Assembly: GCA_951406725.2 (NCBI GenBank)
Contig: OX597820.1
Span: forward strand, 100,316,001-100,380,000
Source of the DNA: Octopus vulgaris
Lineage: Eukaryota
Direction of reading: 5' to 3'
DNA length: 64,000 nt
Part shown: one piece after another, positions 25,041 through 39,519 of the stretch
How the letters are laid out: every line of letters begins with the position of its first letter
How positions within the stretch are numbered: position 1 is the first letter of the stretch
The notes under the pieces: generated by a model
What the model was told of the DNA's origin: nothing
Database searches by the model: none
The model's input: only the letters and a program-made list of their open reading frames with translations
Made by a program: the position numbers and the translations under genes

Positions 25041-26741
25041 GTAAGTAAATTATTTGTTTTAATGTTAGGCTAATATTAGTTACATTTGTTTATTTTTAAC
25101 CTCTGCACTTGTGCAATAAGTATAGTCAATTGCTTAATCTTACATGGCAAGTCAATTGCATCAAGTCCAATGCTCAGCTGGTACTTATTTTATTAACCCG
25201 AAAATGATGAAAGGCAAAATCACCTTTGGCTGAATTTGAACTCAGAACGTAACGACAGATGAAATGCTGCTAAGTATTTTGCCTGGCATGCTAACACTTC
25301 TACTGGCTCGCCATCATAGATTTATCTAATAATGAATGACCAATACTCCAAGCCATTTCCCAGAATGTCTCCTATATCTGACAGTTCAGTAAATAATTAG
25401 AAATGCAACAAAATATCTTTAGCTGATTTGGATTCAAGACTCATCAGTTGGTCATTTAATATCTTATTCACCTGGTTATTTTGTTTCTGCAACATTGTCA
25501 TACAACCACGTATCCAAAAATTCATTTAATCAGATAATACTCTGCTAAGTAAACTGGTTGCATTTTCTTTCAATTACCACCATAGTAACTTTGTTTCAAA
25601 GGGTTAAAACAAGAAGCTTGTATCATACAACCAAAGGCAGCCTCAGACAGTTTGGTATCAAAAGAAGATTTAAATAAAAAGGTACTAGATCAACTGAAAG
25701 TATTCATGAGTAAATAACAAAAAAAAAAGCTGATGGCATAAATTCATCTAATAGTTAACCACATTAGTTTAACTAATTATAGGGTGTGATTCTGTCCATG
25801 TATTTAAGTATTAATTTATATAGCTCAGATTTAATGAGAATTGCAGCTGAGATAATAGGGTGTCTGAGGAATATTAAATAGTGTTTTGAGAGTATATTTA
25901 CTAAAGTCAGTGCTACTCTGTTTCCATAGCCAAAATATTTAACTCAAGCTGCTTGGCATCATCATCATCATCATTATCATCGTTTAACGTCCGCTTTCCA
26001 TGCTAGCATGGGTTGGACGATTTTGACTGAGGGCTGGCGATCCAGATGGCTGCACCAGGCTCCAATCTTGATCTGGCAGAGTTTCTACAGCTGGATGCCC
26101 TTCCTAACGCCAACCACTCTGAGAGTGTAGTGGGTGCTTTTTACGTGCCACTGGCACGGGGGCTAGTCAGGCGGCACTGGCAATGACCTCGCTCGAATCT
26201 TTTTACACGTGCCACCAGAACAGGTGCCAGTGAAGCGACGTTGGTAATGATCACGCTCATATGGTGCCCTTTTATGTGCCACGGGTACGGAAGCCAGTTG
26301 GCTGCTCTGGCAACGATCACACTCGGATGGTGATAAATAAATATTATAACACCGGGAATCAGAAGCATTTTAAAAGTATTTCATTAGCTTACTGAGTTTG
26401 TTTTAGCCAGTTATCATTGGATCTATATTCTGATTCTGAATAGGGACTACATATGATAGTTGATGTGAGAACAATCTTTTGACATCAAATTTAATACCTA
26501 TGGCTATGAACCAATGTGATGCCCCCACATGCTAAAAGTAGCAGCTAAATTTTCTTCAAATTTCTCCTTACTGCCTTAAATACTTAAAGGATGCTTTAGA
26601 TAATTATAATCTTAAAAAACAAGATTGCCACTTAGAGCCAATTTGAGTTTAAATATCAACAACACTCAAAACTAGGTTAATGTTTTACTCACATAATAAG
26701 ATCTTTTTACTGTAATTTTTCTATCTATTATTATTTTTCAG

Positions 26742-26924
26742 ACACCTGAACAAGGTGCAGATACAGTTTTACATGTGGCCTTATCTCCAGACCTCGAGAA
26801 GCAAAGTGGTGGTTACTATGAAAATTGTGAAAGAGCTACATCCAGTAAACTGTCAAATTCTATGCAGCTTCAACAAGCAATATGGCACACTACCTGTTCA
26901 GTTTTGGGTATTGATCCACAGTAA
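26742..26924 (+). CDS. DHRSX: DHRSX-like last SDR exon (TPEQGADTVLHVALSPDLEKQSGGYYENC...LQQAIWHTTCSVLGIDPQ*)
   Basis: tttttcAG acceptor; TPEQGA.T and GGYY motifs; in-frame TAA 26922-26924, which overlaps a GTAAGT donor consensus. Confidence 0.9.
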   Translation, partial: TPEQGADTVLHVALSPDLEKQSGGYYENCERATSSKLSNSMQLQQAIWHTTCSVLGIDPQ

Positions 26925-29900
26925 GTCTGAACAAACACTTTGTTAAATGTTAGTTGTGTGTGTGAGTTACTGCTGTTATTTTTCCACTTTTGCAAGAAGG
27001 AAGAAGGAGTTTTGAATACATTAAAATGAAACCTAAATGTTAAAGGTTGTAAAATAATTGTATCTTTGTTTTGATATTTAGCATTTTCTCATCACACTTG
27101 CAGTTTGACCAAAGCAAAAAACATTGCTTTTAATATTTCCTTCCTAATCTTTAATATTTCCTTCCTATTCTGACAAGGTGAAAAAGATACCTAACTGAAG
27201 TAGCTTAGAGGCAATAAACAGGTATTACAGTCAAACATGAGCTACTAACGAAGCTACAAGACTCATTCTTTGACTATATGTCAACAGTAATAATAGTAAT
27301 TGAAAATCTCACTGATCCTTGCTTTCTATTGCATGGCCATCATATAAAACAATATGGAGAAAATAAACCTTTACTGAATGATAATGCTTGAAATGAAAGA
27401 CTACACAATGATTGATAGATTCAGTTGCTACCAGCTAGTTTTGCAGATTGAGGCCTTTATATTATATGATAGATGTTTCAAAGGAAGATAAATTTAGATT
27501 TTAGACCAAGTTCAATGAAAATTTTTGGTAGATATTGGTTGCAAATCCAGAATGTCAATTCTCAAAGATGTACTAATGTAGCATATTTTAATCTAAAAGA
27601 GAACCTTCAGTCACTAAGTGTCAGTGTATTTATTTGACTCTTAGTACAAGTGTTGCAGTTTCTGACAATGTTAAGTATATAAGGACACCAGGAGAGGTAG
27701 GTTCTAGCATTTGTAATGAGATGTTTGTAGTTGAGAGAAAGGAACAACATTGTACTGATGACATAAAGCAGAGAGACATGTATTAATGTAGAGGAATCCT
27801 TCAAGATTAAAGTTTTCCATTAAATTTCTTGCTTGAAATAATAATCTATTTTACTAGAGGCACAAGGCCAGAAATTTCAGGGGAGAGGACTAGTCACATC
27901 AACCCCAGTGCTTGGCTAGTACTTATTTTATCAACCATGAAAGGATGAAAAACAAAATCAACCCCAGCAGAATTTGAACTCAGAATGTAAAGACAGACAA
28001 AATACTGATAAACGTTTCGCCCAGCGTGCTAATGATTCTGCCATAATAATACTTTAGTTTTGACATCATTAAACTTTAATGATATGAAAGGAAGATCTTT
28101 TTTTATATCAAAGGAAGGTTTTTTTTTTATGAAACAAGCGGTCACATGGCTTATATGCTGACATTAGCAGTAGAAAGTACAGTGTTATCAAAATATGCAG
28201 AGTTGCATAAGTAAAATATTGAAGTGTTTAAGATCAACAGAGGATTGACAGCAAAGTGAAAGAGGGTTGAGGAGAGAAAATAGCAGCATTCAAATCTTGC
28301 TGAGGCCAGTGGCTAAACTTTGCCATTTATCCTTCCTGGGTTGATAAAATAAAGTAGCAATCAAGTACTTGAGTCAATTCTAATAAAGCACTGTAGACGT
28401 GAATGGAACTATAACAGAACATCCTTTGGTGATACTTCAAGTGAATGGTAGCTGGTAAAAGGGGAGTGTAACGTCAACACATGCCTAAACACTACTGTAG
28501 CTAATCCAGAGTAAAGAGATTATAAGAATATGTTATAAAATAGCATTAGACTGTAGTATGTTGTTGTGTGAATAATATCAAAACAAAATGAGTAATAATT
28601 TTTCTGGTAAGATTATCCCAGATTTAATCAACACAGGCTTTCTAAATAGAAATGTCGTTATATCAAGTACTTCAGAACTAATCTATTTCATAATTATCTT
28701 TAGAGTACTTTGTTTTTTTTTTCTCTTCTTTTATTTACATTTTTTTCTTAATCCTCTCAAATATGGTGGATGGCTTTAAGACCTTCGGCTGATCTAATGA
28801 GCTACACTATTTAATAAGAAATAAAATTTTCCGTAGATTATTATTTGCAATTGTGTGTCATGCAATGTTTAAACAAACAAATTAAAGTAAAATAATTGCA
28901 AACAATCTAGAAAAATCGTAGCAATGATAATATCTATATGATGATTCCTTGCATTAATTGAAGACCATGAATTTGGGGAGAAAGAGTCAATTGATTAAAT
29001 CAATCCCACGTTTAACTGGTTCTTGTTTTAACTGATCCCTAAAATCAGCTGTGGTGGGATTTTAAACTCAGAGCATAAAGAAATGCAGCTAAATATCACA
29101 AGATGCTTTGTCTGACTATTATGCCATTAACTGTCTTGTAATATCAATGTAACAATCCTTTCTACTGGAAGCACAAGACCCGATTTTGTTTTGACCCCAG
29201 CGTTCAACTGGTACTTATTCCATTGACCCCCAAAAGGATGAAAGACAAGGTTGGCCTTAGTGGGACACAATATCAGTGTGGTAAAATGTATTGGAATTGT
29301 AATGAACAAAATCAAGAAAAAAGATTAACACATGATGGATAAATATTAACAAATATTATATTAGTTTAATGTTTAAAAGAAAGAATGTAACAGATATGTT
29401 CTTGTGGAGTGCAGGTTGTGCTACTTGTGCCATTATCTAATATTTTTATGATGCTTAGAGGGTGGTTGAGGAGAGTCTGTAGAGAACCAGAAAATGTCTT
29501 TCACTATTTTACTACACATAGGCGCAGGAGTGGCTGTGTGGTAAGTAGCTTGCTTACCAACCACATGGTTCCAGGTTCAGTCCCACTGCGTGGCACCTTA
29601 GGCAAGTGTCTTCTTCTATAACCTCGGGCCAACTAAAGCCTTGTGAGTGGATTTGGTAGACGGAAACTGAAAGAAGCCTGTCGTATATATGTATATATAT
29701 ATATATATGTATGTGTGTGTTTGTCCCCCTAGCATTGCTTGTCAACCGATGCTGGTGTGTTTATATCCCCGTCACTTAGCGGTTCGGCAAAAGAGACCGA
29801 TAGAATAAGTACTGGGCTTACAAAAGAATAAGTCCCAGGGTCGAGTTGCTCGACTAAAGGCGGTGCTCCAGCATGGCCACAGTCAAATGACTGAAACAAG

Positions 29901-32544
29901 TAAAAGAAAAAGAAAAAAAATATCTTTACTTTGCAAGTTTAAATCCTGCTGAAAGTAACCTTACTTTTTACCTTTTTAAGGTCAGTATAAGTACCAGCCA
30001 TGCACTGAAGCTGATTCAGTTGACTATACCCTGCCTCTGTAATTGGTGACCTTGTGCCAGTCTTTTGTAAAACTTGTAATGGTCAAGTACCTTTCTCATA
30101 TATTCTGAGAGTTAGATATGGTTTATATAAATTGTTCAAGATATGGGCAGATTGGATCCTATGAAAGCAGTTTGTCCACCATTACAATCTATTGTCTTTG
30201 TATTTGTTTTCCAGTGCTAGCATGCATTAGACAACTATATTATTGAGACATTGTTTTACAGCTGGATGCTCTTCCTGTTGCTAACCCTTACCTGTTTTCC
30301 AAGAAAGCGGCCTTTTATTTCACACATCTTTGGAAACACAAATCTAGTGGATGATTTGTTGACAAGAAAGCATGCAATTTCCAGAGATGCACAAATGTAA
30401 ACAAACACAGTTGCACACACACACACACATACATGTGTGTGTGTGTGTGTGGTTGTCTATTCCTTATGCAGAGTCAGACTACCTTGTGCACTTACACCTT
30501 AAATGGTTGACTTTGCCTTTCATCCTTTTGGAGTCAATAAATTAAGTACCAGTGAAACACTGGGGTTTAACAAGTCCTCTCTCCTCAAATTTCAGGCCCT
30601 GTGCTTTTAGTAGAAAGGATTATTATTATATTATTATTATTATATTTTGTTTCAGTTGTACACCTGTGAGTATATATATGTATGTGTGCACAGATTTGTG
30701 TTATATCATTGTCATCATCAATATTCTTTATCTATCCACTGCTTTTCTATGCTGGCATGGGTTAGACAAGATTTGTTGGTTGTGGATTTGTACAGCTAGA
30801 TGCTCTTCCAGACACTGACTTTTGCTTGTTTTTAACTAAGGTACTTTATTTCATGACCCCTCATGAAGTGCCAGAATTTTTGCTTGTGAGGGACATAAAC
30901 ATTATCACTGTCAGCAGAATGGTGGCATTATAAAGACCTACACAAGAACACACACAGACACACACAAATGTGTGTGTGTGTGTGAAACTGCTTGGAAGCC
31001 CTCTGTCTATTTATATTTATACATATATATATATATATATATACGTGCCAGTGGCATGTAGAAAGCACCATCTGATCGTGGCCGTTGCCAGCCTCGCCTG
31101 GCACCTGTGCCGGTGGGACATAAAAAGCACCATCCGATCATGGCCGTTTGCCAGCCTCATCTGGCACCTGTGCCGGTGGCACGTAAAAGCACCCACTGCA
31201 CTCATGGAGTGGTTGGCGTTAGGAAGGGCATCCAGCCGTAGAAACATTGCCAGATCAGACTGGGCCTGATGCAGCCTTCTGGCTTCCCAGAGCCCAGTTG
31301 AACCGTCCAACCCATGCTAGCATGGAAATCGGACGCTAAACGATGATGGTGATGATGATGATGTATGTATATATATATATATATATATGGACAGAGGGCA
31401 TATTGATGGCAACTCTAGGTTATATATATATATGTATATATGGACAACATGCTTCCACACAGTTTCTATCCAGCTAATTTTTATTCATGAGGCATTGGTC
31501 AACCCTAAGCCATAGTAGATGACACCTGCTTAAGGTGCCATATAGTGGAACTAAACATGACACTATGTGGTTACAAAGCAGACTTCTTAACCCAACAGCA
31601 ATACCTGTACATGCAGGTGCATATGTGTGTGCATGTCTGTATGCATGTTTGTGTGTGTGTGTGTGTGTGTGCACGCATGCATGCATATGTATTGTAAAGT
31701 AGAATACTTGTAAATAAAATAACTTGAGTGTTTCAGGTTTAATCCTTTAAAAATCCATCCAAATTCTTCAACTTCCATACAGGCAGACAGAGCTACATAG
31801 ATCTTTTACTGAATGACCTTCGGCAGCAGGAAAAGGTACCACCACCAGCAAATAATACAGGAAGTCAAATTTCTTTTAGTTTTCATCATTTCATTACTTT
31901 TTGGTAACTACATTCACACAGCTCAACACTTAGTATTGCAATCAGGAAAGAAACATGTAAATGCTTCCAAAACCTTTAAGGACTTTTAAGGATTGGTGCT
32001 TTGCTCCAGTTTCAAAGCAGGAAACAAACCAGAGGTTACTCTGCCCTGTGGATAGAACACTATAGTCCTTGCAGATGTTCACATGCTTATTACCAATAAG
32101 TTGGTAAGCAGAAGTATAGCATAAAGAATTGTGCCCAGAAACAACAAAATGACTCAAGTCGATTTGAACTCACAACCTATGAGCAGGTACATCATTGTGT
32201 TATCCGTTCATCTATACCACCAGCTCTTTTTTGTCATGAATGCCTAAGTAACAGTGCTGCTGCGGAACTATTACTATAGAAATGAAAATCTTGGTTCAGG
32301 ATTATGTACACAGCTAAATTAAAGTGAATGTCAGAGCTACATTATTATGTTACCAAAGATTATCCTACTCTTGCTGTAGTTTTGATATACTTTTTGCTGA
32401 TCTCACAGAAACAAATTTTCATGTTTTTTTTATTTGCCTCAAAGACAATCAATACGCTTGATATACCTCATGATGTTTCTTTTTACAGCCAGAGCTTAAT
32501 TTTCATAAACACCTGATAAGCTATGTTTTCTAATCTACCTGACC

Positions 32545-33010
32545 TTGAGATGTACAGAGCATTAAATACACTCTACATCACACCTCAACACTTGCTCAAG
32601 TTATTTATCCTTTAGATGCACAACTGACGCTGAATATACCTTAATCATACCTCATTTGTCACATCAGCTATCTGCCTTTTTTCCATCTACAACTGACAAC
32701 AGATATAGTCTGTTTCACATCATTGGCTACCTGAACTACCTGCCCTCATGTTGCACGACTGACAATACATATACATAATGTAACACTTCAGTGGTCATCT
32801 GCTCTATCTGTCCTTTTGATGCACAACTGTCTAAACATATTCTACACCTTAATGGTTGCCAAATCTGTCCATACTTTTAAAGCACAACTGACTGTAAATA
32901 TACTTCATGGCATACAGTGATTACTCACCATATGATGTACAGCTGAAATTAGATGTCACACTTCAGTAGTCCCTTTCTGGGATTCCCTGTCATCCTCCAC
33001 ATTGAAACTT
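32545..33010. repeat. Degenerate ~55-70-bp tandem repeat with conserved (G)CACAACTGAC core
   Basis: Cores near 32616, 32685, 32750, 32818, 32881, 32934. Confidence 0.6.
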
Positions 33011-33271
33011 GATGTCCTTGTAACGGACATCTACATAATGCATTTTTGGCAGGGATATTAACTCTTGACGCACCTGCACTTGTTTTTAAAGACTGCATAT
33101 TTAGTTTGCACTTTCTGAAATTCTCCCTACTCAATGCTTTATCATCTTTAAGACAGAGTTTTGTAGAGTACACAATGCATTGTTGCCTATTTTTTATTTA
33201 CACATATCTATGACAACATGGCACAATCTACCAGCCACTTTTACAAAATCATCTTTACGTATGTATTTCAG

Positions 33272-36200
33272 TGATCTTCCAACAAGCCGAAGTCATGATA
33301 TGAGTGGTAACAATGCTGGTATGCCATTTTCCTGGCATGATGATTACATGAACAGTCCATACCAGTTTAACAGTAGCCCTTCGCTTAGTAATGAAATGGG
33401 GATTTCTTGCATCACTGGGCCCCAAAACACTATTACAACGTTTGGTATGATTAGCAAAAGTGAACCAGTACCTGACCACTTTGTTGTTGATTTTGATCGA
33501 GATGGTAGCCCAACTCCATTGCATGTACCAAAACCTGAAATTACTCCTAATAGAACAGCAATACAGATTACCGAAGATCCCAAAACTCTGCAAATGGAAA
33601 TTTCTTCAAAAGCAACACAAAAATCGAAACCCACTATTACAGGTCCAATGTCTGCTAGTGATATTCCTTTACCTGACCTAAAATTACCGTCTTCTTGTGA
33701 TGAAGTGGTTGACATGAATGTAATTAACAAAATTAGCAACGAAGATTCAATTCCTGACATATTTGTATCACATTATGATATAAAAAATAATCTCGAAAAT
33801 ATACCCGAAGAAGAAAATGAGAATGACTGCAAAAACTTCATGAGTACACCTACTATTGGACCACAATGCCCTGTTCCAGTTGGCCCAAAAGATGACATTT
33901 CAGAACATGCCCCTCAATTACGTGCTGTGATGTGTGGCAATGATATCATTTATGTAGCAAACTCTATAGAAGACGTCGAAGCTGGTTTAGCAAAGAGCAG
34001 TTCCGAGTCTACTCCAACCTTTGTCAAGACTTCATCAAATGCTAGTGGTTCATTTATTTCAATAGTAGAAGGACCTAATAAAAATGAATTAATGCCAAAT
34101 TATTTAAATGATAGACTAAGTTCAGTATCTGCAAATTCTTCATGTGTTTCTATTCCACACATTACTCTAAATGAAAGTATGTTAGCAAGTCTAAACTATG
34201 AATCAGATAGTTTAAGTGAATTAGATAACAGTGAAGGTCAGCAATATATAAATACAAGTTCAGGTTTCATCACCATTGATGAAACAGCTCAAAACAACTT
34301 TCTGACAAAGAAATCAAAGAGTGCTGGAAACTCCCCACATCTTGAGCTTAATGAAACAACAGCCATTGTCAAAGACTTTGCTAAAAGTGCCCCGGATTTA
34401 AGCAGTCAATTTACAAAAGAGGAGAAATTCAAACTAAATGAACTGGAAAGTGAAGTGGAGGCTGATAGGGAAAACCATATCAAGTCTGAACATTTGCAAA
34501 CAAGTGTTTTACCTAATATGTTAGAAAAGAATAACATGAGAGAAAAAATTCTCAGTGACGATGATAATGAGTATGATCCAAGTAGCAGTGCTGAAGATTC
34601 TACAGACTCTGAAGACTTTGAAAATATAAAATTTCCCTTAAAATATTCTGCTCGAAGTAAATATAATCAGTCACCTTCTATAAGTGATGATGATGATGAT
34701 ATATTTATTTCTGTTCCAAGGGAAAGAGGACGTTCTATGGTTAGACGTTGCTCTCAGGTTTCTCCAAGTGTTTTGGATGATGTAGATGCAGATGCAGATA
34801 TTTCATTAAGTTCTGTGACACTAAAGGATATTACAATAAAGCTTCCTGAAAAACAAAGCAGTGTATCTCCAGATCTTTCTCCTCATTCCCTCTGTAAATA
34901 TCAAGATGATCAGATTCTAAAATTTGTTAATGATGTAATCACTGAATCAATAAAATTATCTGCAGAAGACAGTGAGTTACAAAACATTTTGGAAGGAATT
35001 ACAAAAGAGAGTCCTCATGATATTGAGAAAATATTTACTGAATCAAAACAGATGTCTTCTAAAGACTGTGAATTGCCAAGTACTTTGGTTGAAAACCTTG
35101 GAGAAGAATGTAGCCCTTTAATTGGCAGAGATTCAACAGAAACATCTTCGAAAGAAAGTGATGATTCTGATAGTTCAAATGAAGTTTTTAAAGAATATAA
35201 CGTTACCATTGTTAGTGACTCAGAACAGATGTCTTCCATAGGTAGTGAAGTGTCAGAAAAACCAACTAAAAATCTCCAAGAATGTTCTATCGATGTTGAT
35301 GAAGAAACAAAAGTATTTAAGGTAGAAACGTTAACACATAACTCTGAGTCTGAATTTGAAACTGTCACCATGCAACATGACAGTATTGCACCTGCTGTCA
35401 AAGATGAAGACAATAGAATAGAGAATGTATTTGTAGACTCAATTAGCAGTGAAATCAGAACATTTCTTGCAGAAAAGGGTTCAGAAACTACCAAAAATAT
35501 TCCTGACAATCAAAAAGACAGTAGAATGAATCCTGCTTTCTCTCAAAAGGGATGGGACAGATTACCATATAATGCTACTGAAGCAGAAATGAATGCCTTC
35601 AGAGAATATGCTGCCTTTACTGATACTCTTAAGCGAACCGGGAGAATAACACCAATTCCCCATCAACTAGATACTGTTATGGAAGAGGCAGTCACTGAAG
35701 ATACAAACTCTATGTTTAAAACAAATCAAGAAGCGCTACATAACATAGAATCCCCTAGAAAACCAAGACGGAATTCCCAAGAGATTGAATCCAATATAAT
35801 TAAAGATTGTGCACTTTTTGCTGATGCTTTTCTGACAGATCACAGCTATTTGTTACATCAACCAACAGAGGACTTGAACAAACCAAAAGAATCTCCTGTT
35901 AGAAAAATTACCAAACAATTTGAAGAAAAAATTAATTTATCTGGCCGACAGTCTCCACTCTGTCCTCAAAACAGTCCTGAATCTTCATCCCGAGCTTCTT
36001 CTCCTCACCCACAACTTTTTTTTCCATCAAATTCAATGACAGAATCTTCATTTGAGGAAGAGGAAGAAGAAATACGAGCAAATCGAGTTATCTTTTCTCC
36101 ATTAAGCTCCCCAGTTAAGAGAATTGATGAAGATGTTGACAGCATGGGATTTCTCTTTCTGATTCCACAGAATAAGTATACTAAAGCTAAAATAGTTAGC

Positions 36201-37295
36201 GTTTCTGGCAATATTGACTCTAATCTTAAAACTGTTAAAGGTGTGCCAATAGATGACAATATATATTGTGCTTCTTCAGAATATCCTTCATCACCACATG
36301 GAGATTGCAAGAATGAAGCAGCTAAGGAGAATGTAACAACTACAGATATGGAAAACGTACATGATACACAGTCAGAAATCTCTACTAATGAAAATGATGG
36401 AAAGGATATTTGTGAAAAGGAACAAAGTACATTTACTGAAAGTGACCTTAACCAAGAATTGCCATCAAATATTCAAGATGAATCAATTACAGAAAGTGAA
36501 ACTTCTAAGGATACAATCCAAACACATCAACCTTTAGTAACCAATGAAGTTGTCCAGAATATTACTGAATCAGATCAGTCACCACTGACAGAAACTGAAA
36601 GCTGTGAGCCACTCAGTGCAGATAGTAATATCTCTGAATCAAACCAGATTGCAACTGAAGATAACTTAACTAACCAAAGCAATTGTTCTGAAGGACATAA
36701 CTCAAGTGGAAAAGACTGTTGTGATGATAATCTGTCCCAAACAGACCAACATTTTACTCTGGGAGAAAATTTTGAAAATTTTGATAATGACAGCAATCCA
36801 CAAAGTGATAGATCTAGTGATACATTGGTTGACACGCCTCTAGGAAATGAAAGCTGTTCTGAAAACCAGCCAATGACTTGTGAGACCCCAAAACAGGTAG
36901 AATCTGAAATATCAGCAAGCATATGCCAAGATGAACAAACATCACCCACTAACAATGCTGAAACTGGTGCTAATATAGAATATACAGACAATAGTGAAAT
37001 AAGTTCAGCATCTTACTATTCACCAACTAAATCCAGTTCTGGCAGTGAAGATTGTTGGTTTGATAGTAAATCTTTATCCTTAGATTTTGAACTTAATAAA
37101 GATGATACAGGTTATGCTAAAATGTTAGCTTCATATTATGCAGTTTCCAAAGAGGAATGCCAAGATGGATCGCAGGATGACACAGCTGGCAATACAATAG
37201 CAACTGCTGGAAATACAGGCTTAGAAGAATGTAATGAAGGCAGTACAGATTCACCTCAGTCTACTATTGCTGATGTGACAGAAAAGGACACATAA
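33272..37295 (+). CDS. Giant exon encoding ~1,340 aa acidic Ser/Glu/Asp/Thr-rich, probably disordered protein of unknown function
   Basis: Stop-free frame 33180-37295 in AT-rich DNA, free of repeat insertions; candidate acceptor gtatttcAG at 33270-33271; next in-frame ATG at 33300; AATAAA signals at ~37522-37540. Confidence 0.85.
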
Positions 37296-37989
37296 TGTTG
37301 CATAAAAGAAAGTCTCTTCAGCTTGCAATGTCACTTTAAGGATCTGTGTCAATACATCCAGCGGATGATGATGTTAAATAATTCTTGGTTTAGACCATAT
37401 AATTGTACATTTACTGATATCTTTTGCCAAGCTAGTCTGTGGATATGAATTAGTAACCATTAGATGTTTCATCTGCAATTGTAGTGACTGTGACTAATAA
37501 CACTCATATGGTTTTCTGAAAGAATAAACCATTAATAAAAACAACTGTAATAATATAATTTTTTACATAGGTAAGACATTAGAAAAATAATTGAAAGTCA
37601 AGATATTCTAAGGCCAATAACAACATAAGTGGAAGTAGTTTCAAATGATGGATTTGATTCACCAAAGACAAAGTACCATTCTACAGTACTAGCTACACTA
37701 AATCTTACTACTAGATCCAAAATATATCTCTGTAGTTAATTACTATCAAATTGGTAAGAAAGCCTTCATTCACAGTGTTGGGTTCTATTACATATGTCAC
37801 CATCATTTTCCAGTAGCATAATTCCAGATGACTTCAAATTAATTAGAAATCACCATGTTCTTATTTCTTTTGATATTTCTGACTTGTTTTGGCAATTAAT
37901 TAACCAAACTCTGTTGATAAGTGATCATGCTCTAAACATGTAAGCTCTATACTCTGGGTATCACTAATTACATATATTTCATGTATATA

Positions 37990-39070
37990 TAAGTGTTGGT
38001 CACAACGTTGACATATTCTTTATTAGCAAACATATCACAATATGGGATACAGATAGAAATTATGAACAAAACAAGGTGCTGAAAGTGATGTCCTTTAGCA
38101 TCAATTCAGGCCTGGACTCATTTTATTTCTATTGGTTCTTCATTTGAAATGGACCCTATATAAGAAGTTATTGCTTTTTCAAGTCATTAGGCATGTATTA
38201 ACACTTGCAGTCCACAGAATACTTTGCTGCTCCTCATAAATAAAAGATAAGTGGATTAAGATCCTGGGAGTGAAAGTGGGGTATGCTGCAAGTCTTTTGA
38301 AATAATGCAGTCCCCAAAGATTTCAATTCAAAGAGTGAGTGGTAGCACCATCTTATCAAAACCATGAGTAATTGATTTATTCTCAAGTCATGTATCCTGT
38401 GAAGTTGAGAAGAATCTAAAAATAATAGCACTCACTGTTTATTGCCTCTGTAAAGAAAATAGGATCACCAATGCAACCCTTGAAAATTGCAACCCAGACT
38501 CCAACTTTCAGATCATGTGGAAGCATTTCATAAAATCTGCAAGGATTACTGGATAACCACAACCCTGTATTTTGTGAATTAACATAACCCAAGAAATGGT
38601 GACATACGTCATCCTTTAAAGAAGGCAACATCCAAAACACTAACAGTTTCCTCTTCAACAAGTCAGTTTTAGCCATCTGCAATAAAACATCGGCTCTCTG
38701 TGATCAGTTGCTTTCAGTTGTTATACTGTCATTATCTTATATAGGAAAAGTTTTACTCTGTTCTGATGGCCTTATGAGCAGTTGTAAGTCCAATATCTTG
38801 CTGCTGCGCTAACTTTGGTTAATAATTTTGATGGACTATGCAGCATACAGGCAGAAATATCCAATCATATGTCTTCAGTAAACTTCAATGGTCTTCCATA
38901 ATATTCTGTGTCTTTCAATGGACCTGTTTCACAGAATTTATCAGTAAATAGTATTCACAAACAGAATCGTCATTTTGAACTGTTATATCTGGAAATTTAT
39001 CAACAATTGTTGTAGCACTAAATGTGTAGCAACACTTTTTCAAAACTTATTCAGTATGATAAGACATCCC
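37990..39070 (-). mobile_element. Decayed Tc1/mariner-superfamily element
   Basis: GYVNSQN..W, HDLKVGVW, IG.PIFF, HSQDLNPL.FYL remnants. Confidence 0.65.
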
Positions 39071-39519
39071 TTAATTATCAAAAACCATACTTTTGTCACC
39101 TCAGAATCTGACATATAAATAAACTTTGATTATAAAAATGCACAGTGCCTTTCTGAACATCCATAGCATGTGATAGTGTGTATGTGTGTGTGAGTGTGTG
39201 TGTGTATTGTATTTTTTTTTTAAATTATAATAGTGCCAAATCTGTATTAAAGGAAAAACAATAAATTATTCATACAATTATTTTGTAATGTAATATGTTT
39301 TAATATTAATTCATTATTTGTTATTTGTTTTTATTTATTTATTTATTTTTCAACTTCCTACAACTTGGATTATTGAATAAATAATTTATCAGAAATTCAA
39401 AGAGCATGATTTTCTTCACTTTTTCAAAAAATAAATGCTGTAGTTATTCAATTATTGTTTCGAAATTTTAAAGGACTTATGTAAACTACATATGCATTTG
39501 CAAAGTTATAGTTTTTCAC

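Noticed and set aside
31784-31903. Possible small exon (QSYIDLLLNDLRQQEK) between DHRSX and the giant exon
   Set aside because: Several alternative AG/GT choices, weak donors, no recognisable homology; cannot be supported without RNA data
33255-36991. Antisense ORFs within the giant ORF
   Set aside because: Shadow frames expected from the codon bias of the + strand ORF
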